Positions 31,228 through 41,838 of a stretch of DNA of 64,000 nucleotides are shown here, in pieces. The stretch is from Desulfatiglandales bacterium (GTDB lineage Bacteria > Desulfobacterota > DSM-4660 > Desulfatiglandales > Desulfatiglandaceae). The DNA lies in NCBI GenBank assembly GCA_963666345.1, contig OY762721.1:64001-128000 (forward strand), given 5' to 3'. The position numbers were made by a program, and so were the translations under genes. Numbering within the stretch: position 1 is the first letter of the stretch; each line of letters starts with the position of its first letter. Below the pieces are notes generated by a model. That model searched no databases. It worked only from the letters and a program-made list of their open reading frames with translations, and had not been told where the DNA came from.

Positions 31228-33564
31228 TTGGAAATTTTGAAACGTGTTTTAATAGCATTTCTGATACTCATTACGCTGGCTGTCCTTGCTGCTGGCTGCA
31301 CGGGCGGATATCTGTGGTATGTCTGGTCAAGCAACCTGCCCTATGTGGGCGTTGTAGAGGAATACCGTCCCCCCATAATAACTGAAATCTACAGCATGAA
31401 AGGTGAAACAATAGGAAGGTTCTGGGATGAAAAACGTATGGTAGTTCCTCTTGAACAGATGCCCGGACATCTGATTCACGCTTTTGTCGCTGCAGAGGAT
31501 TCACGATTTTTCAAGCATGAAGGGGTTGATATAAAGAGTATCTTCAGGGCATTTTTAAAGAATATCAGCGCCGGAAAGATAGAACAGGGAGGAAGTACAA
31601 TAACACAACAGGTAACAAAGTCCCTTCTCCTGAAGAATACGGAAAGGACTTACAGGAGAAAGGTAAGAGAAGCCATCCTTTCCGTTCAGTTAGAAAAGAC
31701 ATTCTCAAAGGAACGCATCCTTTTTCTGTATCTGAACCAGATTTACCTGGGGCAGGGCGCATACGGCGTGGAAGCTGCGGCCAGGACATATTTTAATAAA
31801 TCGGTGGGTGAACTTGATATCTCTGAATCTGCAATTTTGGCGGGGCTTCCCCAGGCACCGGCAAGATATTCTCCCGTCAAACACTTCGAACTGGCAAAAA
31901 AAAGACAGTTGTATGTGCTGGAAAGGATGCTTAAGGAAGGGTATATAAGTGAAGGCGAGCACAAAAAGGCCCTGAACAAGCCGCTTTTGATACAGGAAAA
32001 AGAAGAAAACACCTTTTCAAAGGCACCCTACTTTACCGAATATGTTCGCAAATATCTTGAGGAAAGATATGGCCGTGATTTCCTCTACAGAGAAGGGCTT
32101 AAGGTCTATACTACCCTTGATCTTTCAATGCAGAGGGCCGCAAAAAAGGCCTTAGGAAAAGGACTCCTTGAACTCGATAAAAGAGAAGGTTACAGGGGCC
32201 CTCTGAAAAGCCTTTCTATTGAGGAAATCGACGATTATGATGACTGGAGCCATGATGCGGAATCAGGATCCATAGTAAAAGCGCTGGTAGTGAAAGTCGA
32301 TGATGCGGCAAATGAAGTAGTTCTGAAATTGGATGACAAGCTGGCTCATCTGGGCCTTGCGAATATGAAATGGGCTAGAAAACCTGACAAGGACATTCCT
32401 TACTATGCCGGCAAGGTAAGAATGCCGTCTGCGGTCTTGGACAAAGGAGACCTTGTCCTGGTAAGGATCTTAGAGAAAGGAGCCGGCCCTTTTGCATGGG
32501 AGGTCGCACTCGAGCAGTTGCCTGAAATACAGGGTGCACTTTTCTGCGTGGACCCTGAAACCTGTGAAGTAAAGGCGATGGTTGGGGGAAGGGATTTCTA
32601 CGAAAGTCAATTCAACAGGGCAGTTCAGTCAAGAAGACAACCCGGTTCGGCTTTTAAGCCATTTATATACTCGGCTGCCCTTGACTGGGGGATGACTCCG
32701 GCTACTGTAATACTGGATTCCGCTTTTATAGCGGAACAGGCCGGAAAAGATGAACTCTGGAAGCCCAAGAATTATAAGGAAAAATTTTTCGGACCGACCC
32801 TTCTCAGAACCGGCATCATAAAATCAAGGAATGTCATCACGGTAAAGATACTTAAAAAGATCGGGGTCCAATACGCGGTTAAATACGCCAAGGCCATGGG
32901 AATAGGGTCGGATTTGAGCCCCAATCTTTCACTCGCCCTTGGTTCTTCCGGGATTTCGCTCATGGAATTGACAAGGGCCTACTCCGTATTCGCAAACGGT
33001 GGTAAGCTGGGCCGGCCTACCTTTATAAGAAGGGTCCTCGACAGAAGCGGCCAGGTTATCGAAGAAAAGCAACCTGAAATTAAAGAGGTTATTTCCGAAG
33101 AAACCGCGGCGGTCATGACCGAGTTATTAAAAGGTGTGATAAGAGAAGGCACAGGCTGGAGGATAAAGGCGTTAAAACGACCTGCGGCAGGTAAAACAGG
33201 CACCACTAACAACCTTTTGGATGCCTGGTTTATGGGTTTTACGCCTGATCTCGTCACCGGCGTCTGGGTGGGATATGATGACCTGAAACCGATGGGAAAG
33301 GGAGAAACCGGATCAAGAGCTGCAAGTCCTATTTGGCTCTATTTCATGGAAAAGGCCCATGAGGGGCGACCTATAAGGGACTTCAAAGTGCCAAAAGGGG
33401 TTGTCTTTGCCAAAATAGATTCAAAGACGGGACTGCTGGCAGCCCCGCACTCGAAAAAGGCTATATTTCAAGCCTTCAGACAGGGCAAAGAACCGAAAGA
33501 ACATTCACCTGAGCCCTATTCTCCAAAGTCCGGTCAATTTCTGCAATACGACATGGGAAATTAA
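31228..33564 (+). CDS. mrcA: Penicillin-binding protein 1A
   Basis: AAEDSRFFKH, GGSTITQQ, RQPGSAFKP, SRN, GKTGT. Confidence 0.95.
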   Translation: MEILKRVLIAFLILITLAVLAAGCTGGYLWYVWSSNLPYVGVVEEYRPPIITEIYSMKGETIGRFWDEKRMVVPLEQMPGHLIHAFVAAEDSRFFKHEGVDIKSIFRAFLKNISAGKIEQGGSTITQQVTKSLLLKNTERTYRRKVREAILSVQLEKTFSKERILFLYLNQIYLGQGAYGVEAAARTYFNKSVGELDISESAILAGLPQAPARYSPVKHFELAKKRQLYVLERMLKEGYISEGEHKKALNKPLLIQEKEENTFSKAPYFTEYVRKYLEERYGRDFLYREGLKVYTTLDLSMQRAAKKALGKGLLELDKREGYRGPLKSLSIEEIDDYDDWSHDAESGSIVKALVVKVDDAANEVVLKLDDKLAHLGLANMKWARKPDKDIPYYAGKVRMPSAVLDKGDLVLVRILEKGAGPFAWEVALEQLPEIQGALFCVDPETCEVKAMVGGRDFYESQFNRAVQSRRQPGSAFKPFIYSAALDWGMTPATVILDSAFIAEQAGKDELWKPKNYKEKFFGPTLLRTGIIKSRNVITVKILKKIGVQYAVKYAKAMGIGSDLSPNLSLALGSSGISLMELTRAYSVFANGGKLGRPTFIRRVLDRSGQVIEEKQPEIKEVISEETAAVMTELLKGVIREGTGWRIKALKRPAAGKTGTTNNLLDAWFMGFTPDLVTGVWVGYDDLKPMGKGETGSRAASPIWLYFMEKAHEGRPIRDFKVPKGVVFAKIDSKTGLLAAPHSKKAIFQAFRQGKEPKEHSPEPYSPKSGQFLQYDMGN

Positions 33565-33635
33565 AAGTAAAGGATCCCGGCCCACAGGACCGGGTACTCA
33601 TTTAACCCTGAACTGGACCGGACTTGCATGCCGGA

Positions 33636-34952
33636 TTACTTCAGAGACTCCAGATCCTTAATGGCCTTGTGGACGATGCGGAAAAGATCTTCCACGTCCG
33701 CTTTTTCCAGGCATGAAAAGGCTACCCTCAAATCCGTGCTTCCAAGTGAAATAAGTCCCACTCCATATTTGTCAAGGAGGTGCTGCCTGAGGGGTTCCGC
33801 CTCAACGGTTTTCAGCTTAAGGCACATGAAATAGCCCGAATTAAAGGGATAGGGGTCCCATGCCTCTTTAAATATAGGCGCTGAAAGCACCCGTTTTACC
33901 TCTTGGGCGCGGTCACGCATTATGGCAAATTTCTCCGCCTTCTCCTGTTGGTATGTATTTGATTTAAGTGAGTTGAGTATTATCTCCTGGCTCAGGTGAG
34001 ATGCGTTTGATATTGATCCTCTCACAGCCCCTGCGGTTTTTCTCTCCAGCGCGTCATAGAATTCCGATGGCTCGCCATTCATAACGCAACCATAGGTTAT
34101 AAAACCCACTCTTAAACCCCAGACGTAATTTTCTTTTGTCGCGCCGTCCAATTTTATCGCAAGTAGCCTCTTATTCCTTCCGCACAATGTCGCGAAGATT
34201 GATTCTTTAAGTGTCTCCTTCTCAAAAAACAACCCAAAATAGGCATCATCGGTTAATGCAATTACATTGGTTCCATTTTCAGCTGTATCGTTCAGTATAT
34301 CCGCTATCTTTTCTGCCTCTTCAGGAGTTACGGTGTAGCCGGTGGGATTGTTGGGAAAATTAAGAAGCACTATTATCTTTTTTCTTTGAGAAGCTTCTTT
34401 TTCGATACAATCCTTAAATGCCTGCAGATTAAACCTCCCGTTTTCATCAAATAGCTTGTAGTTGACGATTTGTGCGTCTCTTCTCACTGAAAATATGAGG
34501 TTGTAGTTACCCCAGTTTTTGTCCGGGAGGATAATTGCGTCTTCAGGGTCGATCCACATGTCTGCTGTAACGCTGAGCGCATGTGTAATGGCATTTGTTA
34601 CTATTGGCAGGCTTAAATCCTTTTTTGCAACGGAAGGGTTTTTGACTTTAAGCTCATCCCTCCATGCACTGCGAAGGGCCATGAGGCCGAAAGACGGCGC
34701 ATAGGTAAGAGCCTGGTCAGGAGAGAGGTCTTTTATCATGCTCATAACCGAGGGAAGATACATGGTATGTCCATGCTCGGTTGCCATACCTATGGTTGCG
34801 TTATATTTATAAGCCTTTTCCTTGGCTTCCGCACCCTGAGACAGTATGCCCTTTGGGAAAAAAAGGTTTTTCCCCACCTTTGAAAGCATTTCATAAACAT
34901 GCTTGTTTCCATTTGCAATCTGGTTGTTTAGGCCTTCGGCGATTGGATTCAT
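33636..34952 (-). CDS. PLP-dependent aminotransferase class I/II
   Basis: NFPNNPTGY, DDAY, DGATKE...GLRVG; start MNPIAE after AGGAGG. Confidence 0.9.
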   Translation of the reverse strand: MNPIAEGLNNQIANGNKHVYEMLSKVGKNLFFPKGILSQGAEAKEKAYKYNATIGMATEHGHTMYLPSVMSMIKDLSPDQALTYAPSFGLMALRSAWRDELKVKNPSVAKKDLSLPIVTNAITHALSVTADMWIDPEDAIILPDKNWGNYNLIFSVRRDAQIVNYKLFDENGRFNLQAFKDCIEKEASQRKKIIVLLNFPNNPTGYTVTPEEAEKIADILNDTAENGTNVIALTDDAYFGLFFEKETLKESIFATLCGRNKRLLAIKLDGATKENYVWGLRVGFITYGCVMNGEPSEFYDALERKTAGAVRGSISNASHLSQEIILNSLKSNTYQQEKAEKFAIMRDRAQEVKRVLSAPIFKEAWDPYPFNSGYFMCLKLKTVEAEPLRQHLLDKYGVGLISLGSTDLRVAFSCLEKADVEDLFRIVHKAIKDLESLK

Positions 34953-35383
34953 TTTTGACCTCCTATGAGTTCTGATTTGCCGTTCTTTGTAGAATTTGTC
35001 AAGCAGAAAACCGGGCAGCAGCTGGACAGATGTAATGCACGATAAAAATCTTCTAATCAGTTCCATTAAATTCAAAAAAATTACAGTATAAAAAATCTCT
35101 GCGCCCTTGATAAAACTCCTGAATGGGCAGAAGGTTAACAGCACCCGAATCCACCAGTTGATTGAGGCGTCGTCAAGGATGTCTCGGGATTTTGACTTGG
35201 CCATAGACACCTGTAAGATTTCATATGCAAGACGCCGTGTATCGACGACCTAGGCATATGATCTATACGCCTGGGTGGAAGGAGCAAGCGAAGGAAATTC
35301 AGCACTTCAGTTTAACTCACGGCCATGACTAAATTAAATGGGAGAGGGTGTCTTTTCGGTGGCTAAGTTTAATACTATTGGGA

Positions 35384-35432
35384 TTGACACAATTGAGAAT
35401 AAGAGATAAAAAATAATAAGACCGGTCGGTAT
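35384..35432 (+). promoter_or_regulatory. Promoter and putative TetR operator
   Basis: TTGACA at 35384, TAAAAA 17 bp later, palindrome ACCG-GT-CGGT at 35421-35430. Confidence 0.55.
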
Positions 35433-35455
35433 ATAAAGGGAGCGCAGGAGTCACC

Positions 35456-36085
35456 ATGGCAGGAAAAGGACTAAGAACAAGGCGAAACATAACTGAACAA
35501 GCACTTCAGCTATTTTCCTTAAAAGGTTATTATAACACATCTATAAGAGACATATTAGAGGCTGCATCCATTACAAAAGGTGGCCTGTACGGACACTTTT
35601 CAAGCAAAGAGGACATCTGGTACGCAGTGTATGATGAAGCGGTCAGGACATGGCGGGACAGGATATTTTCAGGCACCAGGGATTTGTCCGATCCTCTTGA
35701 AAGGATAGAAAAGGTCATCGAAAACCACCTCATAAAGTATCTTGCGGCAGATGTGTTCATAGGAGGATGCTTTTTTGTTAATATGCTGGTTGAAATCTCA
35801 GGTCAATCTGAAAAAATGAGCAGGCACATACTTAAGGGGTTTGTAAGGTTTTCAAGATTGATCAGACTATGGTTCGAAGAGGCTGATCAGAAAAAGATGG
35901 TAAAGGATGGTTTGAATTTCAGAGATATAGCAAATTTTATAATTATCTGCATGAATGGAGCCGCAACTATTTATTCATCGAGCAGGGATCTCGGGATATT
36001 GAATCAGACTCTTGTTCAGCTCAGATTTTATATCGGACAGCTTAGAATCGACAACGGCAAAATCCTTACTGTTCCGAATATCTGA
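35456..36085 (+). CDS. TetR/AcrR family regulator
   Basis: LFSLKGYYNTSIRDI...ITKGGLYGHFSSKE HTH. Confidence 0.95.
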   Translation: MAGKGLRTRRNITEQALQLFSLKGYYNTSIRDILEAASITKGGLYGHFSSKEDIWYAVYDEAVRTWRDRIFSGTRDLSDPLERIEKVIENHLIKYLAADVFIGGCFFVNMLVEISGQSEKMSRHILKGFVRFSRLIRLWFEEADQKKMVKDGLNFRDIANFIIICMNGAATIYSSSRDLGILNQTLVQLRFYIGQLRIDNGKILTVPNI

Positions 36086-36222
36086 GACACCACATATCTT
36101 ATCCTGATCACCGGAAGAAAACATTTTGAATTCTATTCTTTTTCGTAAAATATTTGCATATTTTTAATGATATATATATGTTCATTTTAAATTTTAAATA
36201 TTTTCATGAAAGGAGCATATAA

Positions 36223-37410
36223 ATGAGTGACGTTGTAATCGTGAGTGCATGCAGGACCGCTATAGGAAATTTTTCAGGTTCATTGAATTCCATACCGGCA
36301 ACTGAGCTTGGAGCGATGGTAATAAACGAATCCCTTTCAAGGGCAGGTATCGAAAAAGATGTCGTCGATGAGGTAATCATGGGTTGCGTGCTCCCCCACG
36401 GACTCGGCCAGAACCCTGCTAGGCAGGCGATGGTAAAGGCAGGACTCCCATGGGGGGTGGGGGCTACGACCATAAACAAGGTCTGTGGCTCCGGACTTAA
36501 GGCGGTGATGATGGCTTCCCAGGCCATTCAGTGCGGTGATGCAGATGTAATTGTTGCAGGAGGCATGGAAAACATGAATCTGTGTCCATATATGCTTCCC
36601 AAGGCAAGGACAGGCTATAGGATGAATAACGGCCAGGTTGTCGACGGGATGGTAACCGATGGACTCTGGGACCATGTAAATGACTTTCATATGGGCATGA
36701 GCGCCGAGCTGGTTTCGGAAAAATATGGTATTTCAAGAGAAGACATGGACAGCTTTGCATTTAATTCATACAAAAAGGCCTTGAAGGCACTGGAGCAGGG
36801 TAAGTTTAAGGAAGAAATCCTTCCTGTGCGGATACCTGTGAGAAAAGGTGACCCTAAGATGTTCGACACCGATGAGATCCCACTCAAAAATGTCGATACC
36901 AGTCTTGAGGCGCTTTCCAAGCTGAGACCCGCTTTTAAAAAAGGAGGCAAGGTGACCGCCGCCAATTCATCAAAGATAAGCGACGGGTCCTCCGCCCTTG
37001 TGGTAATGTCTCGAAGCAGGGCAAAAGAGCTCGGATGCACGCCTCTTGTCAGCGTAGGGGCTCAGGGGGCGGCAGGAGTAGATATGAAATATGTGCTCAT
37101 AGCGCCCATATACTCGATACCCAGTGTGCTTCAAAAGGATGGGCTAAAGGCATCTGATGTGGATCTGCATGAGATAAATGAGGCATTCAGCGCATCTTCT
37201 GAGGCGATAAACAGGGAACTCGGGCTTGACCCTGATAAGGTAAACGTTAAAGGCGGTGCAGTGGCCCTCGGACATCCTATAGGGGCAAGCGGCGCCAGGG
37301 TTCTTACAACCCTAATATATGCCATGAAGGAAAGAGGGGCGGAGATTGGTCAGGCATCTTTGTGTCTTGGCGGAGGTGAGGCTGTAACACTTGTGGTCTA
37401 TAATGAATGA
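36223..37410 (+). CDS. Acetyl-CoA C-acetyltransferase (thiolase)
   Basis: NKVCGSG, NEAF, GHPIGASG, CLGGG. Confidence 0.95.
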   Translation: MSDVVIVSACRTAIGNFSGSLNSIPATELGAMVINESLSRAGIEKDVVDEVIMGCVLPHGLGQNPARQAMVKAGLPWGVGATTINKVCGSGLKAVMMASQAIQCGDADVIVAGGMENMNLCPYMLPKARTGYRMNNGQVVDGMVTDGLWDHVNDFHMGMSAELVSEKYGISREDMDSFAFNSYKKALKALEQGKFKEEILPVRIPVRKGDPKMFDTDEIPLKNVDTSLEALSKLRPAFKKGGKVTAANSSKISDGSSALVVMSRSRAKELGCTPLVSVGAQGAAGVDMKYVLIAPIYSIPSVLQKDGLKASDVDLHEINEAFSASSEAINRELGLDPDKVNVKGGAVALGHPIGASGARVLTTLIYAMKERGAEIGQASLCLGGGEAVTLVVYNE

Positions 37411-37455
37411 TGAGGTTTGAGTGAAAACCGATTAGATCAAAGAGGAGGCTGAGAG

Positions 37456-38739
37456 ATGGCGGAAGCAGTGATAGTGTCGGTGGTGAGGACGCCTGTTGGT
37501 GTATTTGGAGGCACGCTGAAGACCACGCCTGTGGTTGAGCTTGGTGGTCTGGTGTTGAAGGAGGCGTTAAAGAGGGTGGGGCTGAGGCCTTATGCGACCG
37601 ATGAACTGAGGAGTTACGAGCCTGACGCCTTAAAGGGCAGGGGCATGATAGAGCTTGAAAAGGGCTCATATGATTATGATGATTCTTTTGTACCTGTTGA
37701 GGTGGACGAGGTCATCATGGGCAACGTGGTGGGAGCCGGTCAGGGACAGAACGTTGCCCGTCAGGCCATGATAAGGGCGGGTATAAGCAAGGAGACCTCC
37801 GCCTTTACGGTTAACAAGGTATGTGCTTCCGGGATGAAGGCTGTGGCGCTTGGCTGTCAGGCGATCCGTCATGGTGAGGCTGATGTGGTTCTTGCGGGAG
37901 GCATGGAGAATATGTCTCTTATTCCTTATGCGCTTCCGTCCGCCAGATGGGGAGCCAGGATGAACAATTCCGAGCTTGTGGATCTTATGGTAATGGACGG
38001 GCTCTTTGAGATATTTTACGGATATCACATGGGGATCACGGCCGAGAACATTGCCGAGGCCTATTCGATAAGCAGGCGGGAGCAGGACGAGCTGGGACTT
38101 ATGAGTCATCAGAGGGCGAGAAAGGCGATAACCGGTGGGCTGTTTAAAGATGAGATAGTGCCTGTGGTGATTCCTCAGAGGAAGGGTGATCCTATAGTAT
38201 TTGATACTGATGAACGGCCCATGGACACGAGTATTGAGAAGATGGGCAGGCTCAGGCCGGCCTTTAAGAAAGAGGGCACGGTTACCGCGGGAAACGCGTC
38301 GGGGATAAACGATGCTGCTGCGGCCCTTCTTCTTATGAGTGAGGATAAGGCAAAGGAGCTGGGATTGAAGCCACTTGTAAAGGTGCGTGCGGCTGCAAGT
38401 GCCGCCATAGATCCCGCCTATATGGGGCTTGGTCCGATCCCGGCTGTAAGGAAGGTGCTTGCCTCGGAGGGTTTGACGATAGGGGATTTCGGGGTGGTGG
38501 AGTTAAACGAGGCGTTTGCCTCTCAGGCCATAGCGTGCATGAGGGAGCTTGGTTTGAGTGAAGGCAACACCAATGTATTGGGAAGCGGCATATCGATCGG
38601 TCACCCGATAGGCTGCAGCGGGGCAAGGCTGCTTGTTACGCTTACGTCCCTTATGTTGAGTGGGGGCCATGGTCTTGGTCTTGCCTCTTTGTGCATAGGT
38701 GGAGGCCAGGGCATGGCGACCGTGCTTGAGGCTGTTTGA
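37456..38739 (+). CDS. Acetyl-CoA C-acetyltransferase (thiolase), second copy with an N-terminal insertion
   Basis: [24 protein letters not shown]; extra ~35 aa ([17 protein letters not shown]...). Confidence 0.95.
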   Translation: MAEAVIVSVVRTPVGVFGGTLKTTPVVELGGLVLKEALKRVGLRPYATDELRSYEPDALKGRGMIELEKGSYDYDDSFVPVEVDEVIMGNVVGAGQGQNVARQAMIRAGISKETSAFTVNKVCASGMKAVALGCQAIRHGEADVVLAGGMENMSLIPYALPSARWGARMNNSELVDLMVMDGLFEIFYGYHMGITAENIAEAYSISRREQDELGLMSHQRARKAITGGLFKDEIVPVVIPQRKGDPIVFDTDERPMDTSIEKMGRLRPAFKKEGTVTAGNASGINDAAAALLLMSEDKAKELGLKPLVKVRAAASAAIDPAYMGLGPIPAVRKVLASEGLTIGDFGVVELNEAFASQAIACMRELGLSEGNTNVLGSGISIGHPIGCSGARLLVTLTSLMLSGGHGLGLASLCIGGGQGMATVLEAV

Positions 38740-38772
38740 GGCAACTTTTTTTTAAGTCGGGGGGTAGTTGAG

Positions 38773-39561
38773 ATGTCCTATGAGACGGTGTTATTTGATA
38801 GGGACGGTGATATCGGGATAATAAGGTTTAACCGTCCCAAGGCCTTGAACGCGATAAATGTTGAGATGCTGGGTGATTTAAACGGTGTGCTTGACGAGGT
38901 TGAAGCTGACGGCACATTCAGGGTGCTTGTGCTGACAGGCGAGGGGGACAAGGCATTTGTCGCAGGGGCCGACATATCGCACATGGTGAATCTGGGCAGT
39001 CTTGAGGCAAGGCGTTTTTCCCGCCAGGGTCACAGGCTTATGGACAGGTTTGAGGCCCTTGCCATACCGGTGATTGCATGTGTGAACGGTTTTGCCCTTG
39101 GAGGCGGTACCGAGATAGCCATGGCCTGTGATTTTATATACGCATCAGAGGGTGCAAGGTTTGGTCAACCGGAGATTAATCTGGGAATCATACCGGGGTT
39201 TGGGGGCACGCAGAGGTTGAGCAGGCTGGTGGGAAAGAACATGGCCAAGGAGCTTTGCATGACCGGGGGGATAATAACGGCTATGGAGGCGGAGCGGATC
39301 GGGCTGGTAAACCGTGTGTTTCCCGCCGACAGGCTGTGGGAGGAGACGATGAAGACCGCAGTTGTTATATGCTCAAAGGGCCGTGTGTCCGTGCGTACGG
39401 TAAAAAGATGCATAGACAGGGGCCTTGATACCGATCTTGCAAGCGGTTGTTATATGGAGTCTGAGGGATTTGCCGTTGTCTTCGCATCTCACGATGCAAA
39501 GGAGGGCATGTCCGCTTTTCTTGAAAAACGAAAACCACAATTCAAAGGAAACCTGGCTTGA
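38773..39561 (+). CDS. crt: Enoyl-CoA hydratase (crotonase)
   Basis: AFVAGADI, GFALGGGTE, GQPEINLGIIPGFGGTQRL. Confidence 0.92.
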   Translation: MSYETVLFDRDGDIGIIRFNRPKALNAINVEMLGDLNGVLDEVEADGTFRVLVLTGEGDKAFVAGADISHMVNLGSLEARRFSRQGHRLMDRFEALAIPVIACVNGFALGGGTEIAMACDFIYASEGARFGQPEINLGIIPGFGGTQRLSRLVGKNMAKELCMTGGIITAMEAERIGLVNRVFPADRLWEETMKTAVVICSKGRVSVRTVKRCIDRGLDTDLASGCYMESEGFAVVFASHDAKEGMSAFLEKRKPQFKGNLA

Positions 39562-39665
39562 GAAGTCATTTTTTTTGAAGAGTCGGCCTGATCCGGAATA
39601 GACTAACCGGCTTTTTGCCTTTGATTTTTCAAAATTCAGACTGGAAATCTGAAAGGGGGTGCCCG

Positions 39666-41351
39666 ATGGCGTCGACCTACAGCAAAAAAATCTTTGACGA
39701 CATTAACCAGGGGTACAAAAGATGGAAGAAAAAACTGAAGAAGGCATTTAAATCAAGGCCGCAGCGACTCGATCGGTTTTCCACTGTATCGGATTTTGAG
39801 ATCAAGAGTCTCTACACCCCTCTGGATAACCGTCAGCAGGATTTCATGAGGGATATAGGGCTTCCCGGTGAATACCCCTTTACCCGGGGGGTTCAACCTT
39901 CAATGTACAGAGGCCGCATCTGGACAATGAGGATGTTTGCCGGACTGGGAAACGCGAAGGACACAAACAGACGATTTCACGTCCTTGTCAATGGGGGGCA
40001 GACAGGCCTTTCCACCGCATTTGATATGCCCACGCTGATGGGTTATGACACTGATTCACCCAGGGCAAGAGGTGAGTGCGGAAAATGCGGCGTGGCAATA
40101 GATACCCTCGTTGACATGGAAGACCTTTTCGAAGGTCTGCCCATAGATGCCATTACCACCTCCATGACGATCAATCCTCCTGCTTCGGTAATCTGGGCCA
40201 TGTATATTGCCATGGCTGAAAAAAGGGGAATTGACAGGAAAATGATCGGAGGTACCATCCAGAACGACATGCTCAAGGAATTCATTGCCCAGAAGACATT
40301 CATGTGCCCGCCCGAGCAATCCGTTAGAATTATTACGGACACGGTGGAATTTGGGACCAGACAGGTTCCCAGGTGGAATACCATAAGTATAAGCGGGTAT
40401 CATATAAGAGAGGCAGGTTCAACGGCGGTGCAGGAACTTGCCTTTACCTTGGCTGATGGAATCGCCTATACGGAGGCTGCATTAAAACGGGGACTTGATG
40501 TGGATGATTTTGCACCCAGATTTTCCTTTTTCTTCAACTCCCATATAGATTTTTTTGAGGAGGTTGCAAAATTTCGTGCCGCCAGGCGCATGTGGGCGAA
40601 GATAATGAAGGAAAGATTCAAGGCCAAAGACCCCAGGTCTTGGTGGCTGAGGTTCCATACGCAGACTGCGGGGTGTTCGCTTACGGCGCAGCAGCCATAC
40701 AACAATGTAGTGAGGACTGCCCTTGAGGCCCTTGCCGCGGTAATGGGCGGAACTCAGTCTCTTCATACCAATTCCCTTGACGAGGTCCTTGCGATACCTA
40801 CGGAAGAGGCCGCCATGATAGCCCTCAGGACACAGCAGGTAATTGCGGAAGAATCGGGGGTGGCAAATACCATAGACCCACTGGGAGGTTCTTATTTTGT
40901 GGAGAGGCTGACAAATGAGATGGAAGACGAGGCTTTCGAGATAATCAAAAAGATAGATGACATGGGCGGGATGCTTTCGGCCATTGACCGGAATTATCCC
41001 CAGCAGGAGATCGCCGATGCCGCATATCAATATCAGAGGCAGATAGACAGCAAGGAAAAGTGCGTTGTAGGTGTTAATAAGTACGTTACAGATGATGAAT
41101 TGCTTGTGGATTTTATGGAAATCGATGAAGAGATAGAGAGACTTCAACTGGAAAAGACAAACAGGGTAAAAAACGAAAGAAACCAGGGCAGAACAACCGA
41201 GTGTCTGAATTCTTTAAAAGAGGCCTGTGTTGAAAACAGCAATGTTATGGAGCCGCTTATTGAGGCGGTAAAGTCATATGCCACCCTTCAGGAAGTGTGT
41301 GACGTCTACCGGGAGGTGTTCGGAGAATACAGGGACCCCGGGATATACTGA
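39666..41351 (+). CDS. icmA: B12-dependent acyl-CoA mutase large subunit, isobutyryl-CoA mutase type
   Basis: PGEYPFTRG, WTMRMFAG (Phe in place of Tyr), KEFIAQKT (Gln in place of Arg), SGYHIREAG. Confidence 0.8.
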   Translation: MASTYSKKIFDDINQGYKRWKKKLKKAFKSRPQRLDRFSTVSDFEIKSLYTPLDNRQQDFMRDIGLPGEYPFTRGVQPSMYRGRIWTMRMFAGLGNAKDTNRRFHVLVNGGQTGLSTAFDMPTLMGYDTDSPRARGECGKCGVAIDTLVDMEDLFEGLPIDAITTSMTINPPASVIWAMYIAMAEKRGIDRKMIGGTIQNDMLKEFIAQKTFMCPPEQSVRIITDTVEFGTRQVPRWNTISISGYHIREAGSTAVQELAFTLADGIAYTEAALKRGLDVDDFAPRFSFFFNSHIDFFEEVAKFRAARRMWAKIMKERFKAKDPRSWWLRFHTQTAGCSLTAQQPYNNVVRTALEALAAVMGGTQSLHTNSLDEVLAIPTEEAAMIALRTQQVIAEESGVANTIDPLGGSYFVERLTNEMEDEAFEIIKKIDDMGGMLSAIDRNYPQQEIADAAYQYQRQIDSKEKCVVGVNKYVTDDELLVDFMEIDEEIERLQLEKTNRVKNERNQGRTTECLNSLKEACVENSNVMEPLIEAVKSYATLQEVCDVYREVFGEYRDPGIY

Positions 41352-41426
41352 TGAGTTTTCAAAGTGGTTTCAGCCAGGGCGGATGATTTTTAGGAAATCT
41401 GATGAAAATCTAATGAGGCAATCTAC

Positions 41427-41831
41427 ATGAAACGCAAGAGAAAAATAAGAATAATGGTTGCAAAACCTGGCCTTGACGGGCATGACAGAGGGGCCAGGAT
41501 TATCGCAAGGGCCTACCGCGATGCCGGTTTTGAAGTGGTCTATACCGGACTTCATCAGACACCTGAAGAGATAGTTGAGGCTGCTATCCAGGAAGACGTG
41601 GACATGATAGGGCTGTCCAGTCTGGCAGGCGCGCACAACTATCTGTTTCCCAGGGTTGTTGAACTGTTAAGGGAAAAACAGGCCGATGATATTGTAGTGT
41701 GCGGAGGAGGAATAATCCCGGATGAAGATATAAAAACACTTGAAAGAGGCGGCATAAGAAAGGTGTTCACCCCGGGCTCGTCTCTGGATGAAATTGTCAA
41801 ATGGGTCGAAGATAACGTTGACCCGAGGTAA
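41427..41831 (+). CDS. icmB: Cobalamin-binding small subunit of the mutase
   Basis: GLDGHDRGA (DxHxxG), [15 protein letters not shown]. Confidence 0.88.
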   Translation: MKRKRKIRIMVAKPGLDGHDRGARIIARAYRDAGFEVVYTGLHQTPEEIVEAAIQEDVDMIGLSSLAGAHNYLFPRVVELLREKQADDIVVCGGGIIPDEDIKTLERGGIRKVFTPGSSLDEIVKWVEDNVDPR

Positions 41832-41838
41832 GAAAAAA

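Noticed and set aside
34953..35210. 85-aa N-terminal extension of the aminotransferase
   Set aside because: A strong RBS precedes ATG 34952; the extension is likely an open-frame artefact.
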